This document shows, piece by piece, positions 63,351 through 64,000 of a DNA stretch of 64,000 bases. Every line of letters begins with the position of its first letter. Position 1 is the first letter of the stretch. The translations under genes and the position numbers were made by a program. The DNA lies in contig OZ287068.1 in assembly GCA_965645245.1 (NCBI GenBank), positions 2,356,001 to 2,420,000 on the forward strand. The letters run 5' to 3'. This DNA is from Massalongia carnosa. Lineage: Eukaryota. The notes below the pieces were generated by a model. That model was given only the letters and a program-made list of their open reading frames with translations. It searched no databases and had not been told where the DNA came from.

Positions 63351-64000
63351 TTTCCTAAATAGCTTTTCCTTTTTTTGTTTTCTCTTTATATAAGAGTTTG
63401 GATCGGTACTGTGTTAATCAGTTGCAACGAAAGGTTCTACCCAGATTGTAGACTAGAAAACATATTCAGACCTTCTATATCCAAATGCTACTTTATATTC
63501 AAGGTAAATATGTGCTCCGTAATCCGTAGAGAGTGATCAGTCACCCCCTGTGCCCCTTCACTCCTTAAACGGCTCGGGTCAGCCTTACCCGGAGGGTCTT
63601 CACTAAAAATACCTGAGACTTCTGTCTGCTCAAATTCTCAAAAATCTACCATTCTTACATCCTTACACAGCATCATCAATAGCCATTACCTGATACTATA
63701 TTATAAAAACGATCAGCTTTAACCAAAATGTTCGCCTTAATATTATTATGACAGAATCACTAGTTATACGAGCATGTTTCAATAGTTCATCATTCTTGAT
63801 TGTATTCTTATTATGCATCATCATTCAGTCATTACTTATCCACCGCTATTCAAAGAGTCTTCTTCATATGATGAAAGTATATGTTCTACTCCAAGAAAAT
63901 TCGTTTTCGCTCACCTGAGCAGCTTCAGTCAGGTCCTGAACAAGAATTTCCCTCGGTTGAGTTCTTACGGGAGAAGGGCCTGTGAAGAGTTTTTTTCATC

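Noticed and set aside
63530..64000. Possible left end of another MULE-like element
   Set aside because: Only a vague resemblance to the MULE TIR; a partner end or transposase would lie outside the window.

Overview
Intron-containing genomic DNA of a filamentous ascomycete (Pezizomycotina-like). The left part is conserved. It holds the 3' end of an IBR/RBR-type gene, an NmrA-like gene, and a ferrichrome-family siderophore pair: a ~16 kb NRPS (A-T-C-A-T-C-T-C-A-T-C-T-C-T-C) transcribed divergently from an L-ornithine N5-monooxygenase (sidA), with SreA-type GATA sites between them. From ~24.4 kb the window is accessory and rich in transposons. These are two 5'-truncated Tad-like LINEs with TSDs, a full-length tyrosine-recombinase retrotransposon (Ngaro/DIRS order) with perfect split direct repeats, a Mutator element, a Fot1/pogo element and a heavily mutated Tc1 element. 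They are mixed with an intact TetX-like FAD monooxygenase, small secreted-protein candidates, and pseudogenes of two MFS transporters, a Zn2Cys6 factor and a DUF6604-like gene. The main findings are the Ngaro-type element and the nested secondary structure in its repeats, a RIP-like signature biased to CpC rather than CpA, a conserved double hairpin at both LINE 3' ends, and three independent TE insertions within ~180 bp of ancestral sequence. All calls come from reading motifs by eye; no searches or folding programs were run.
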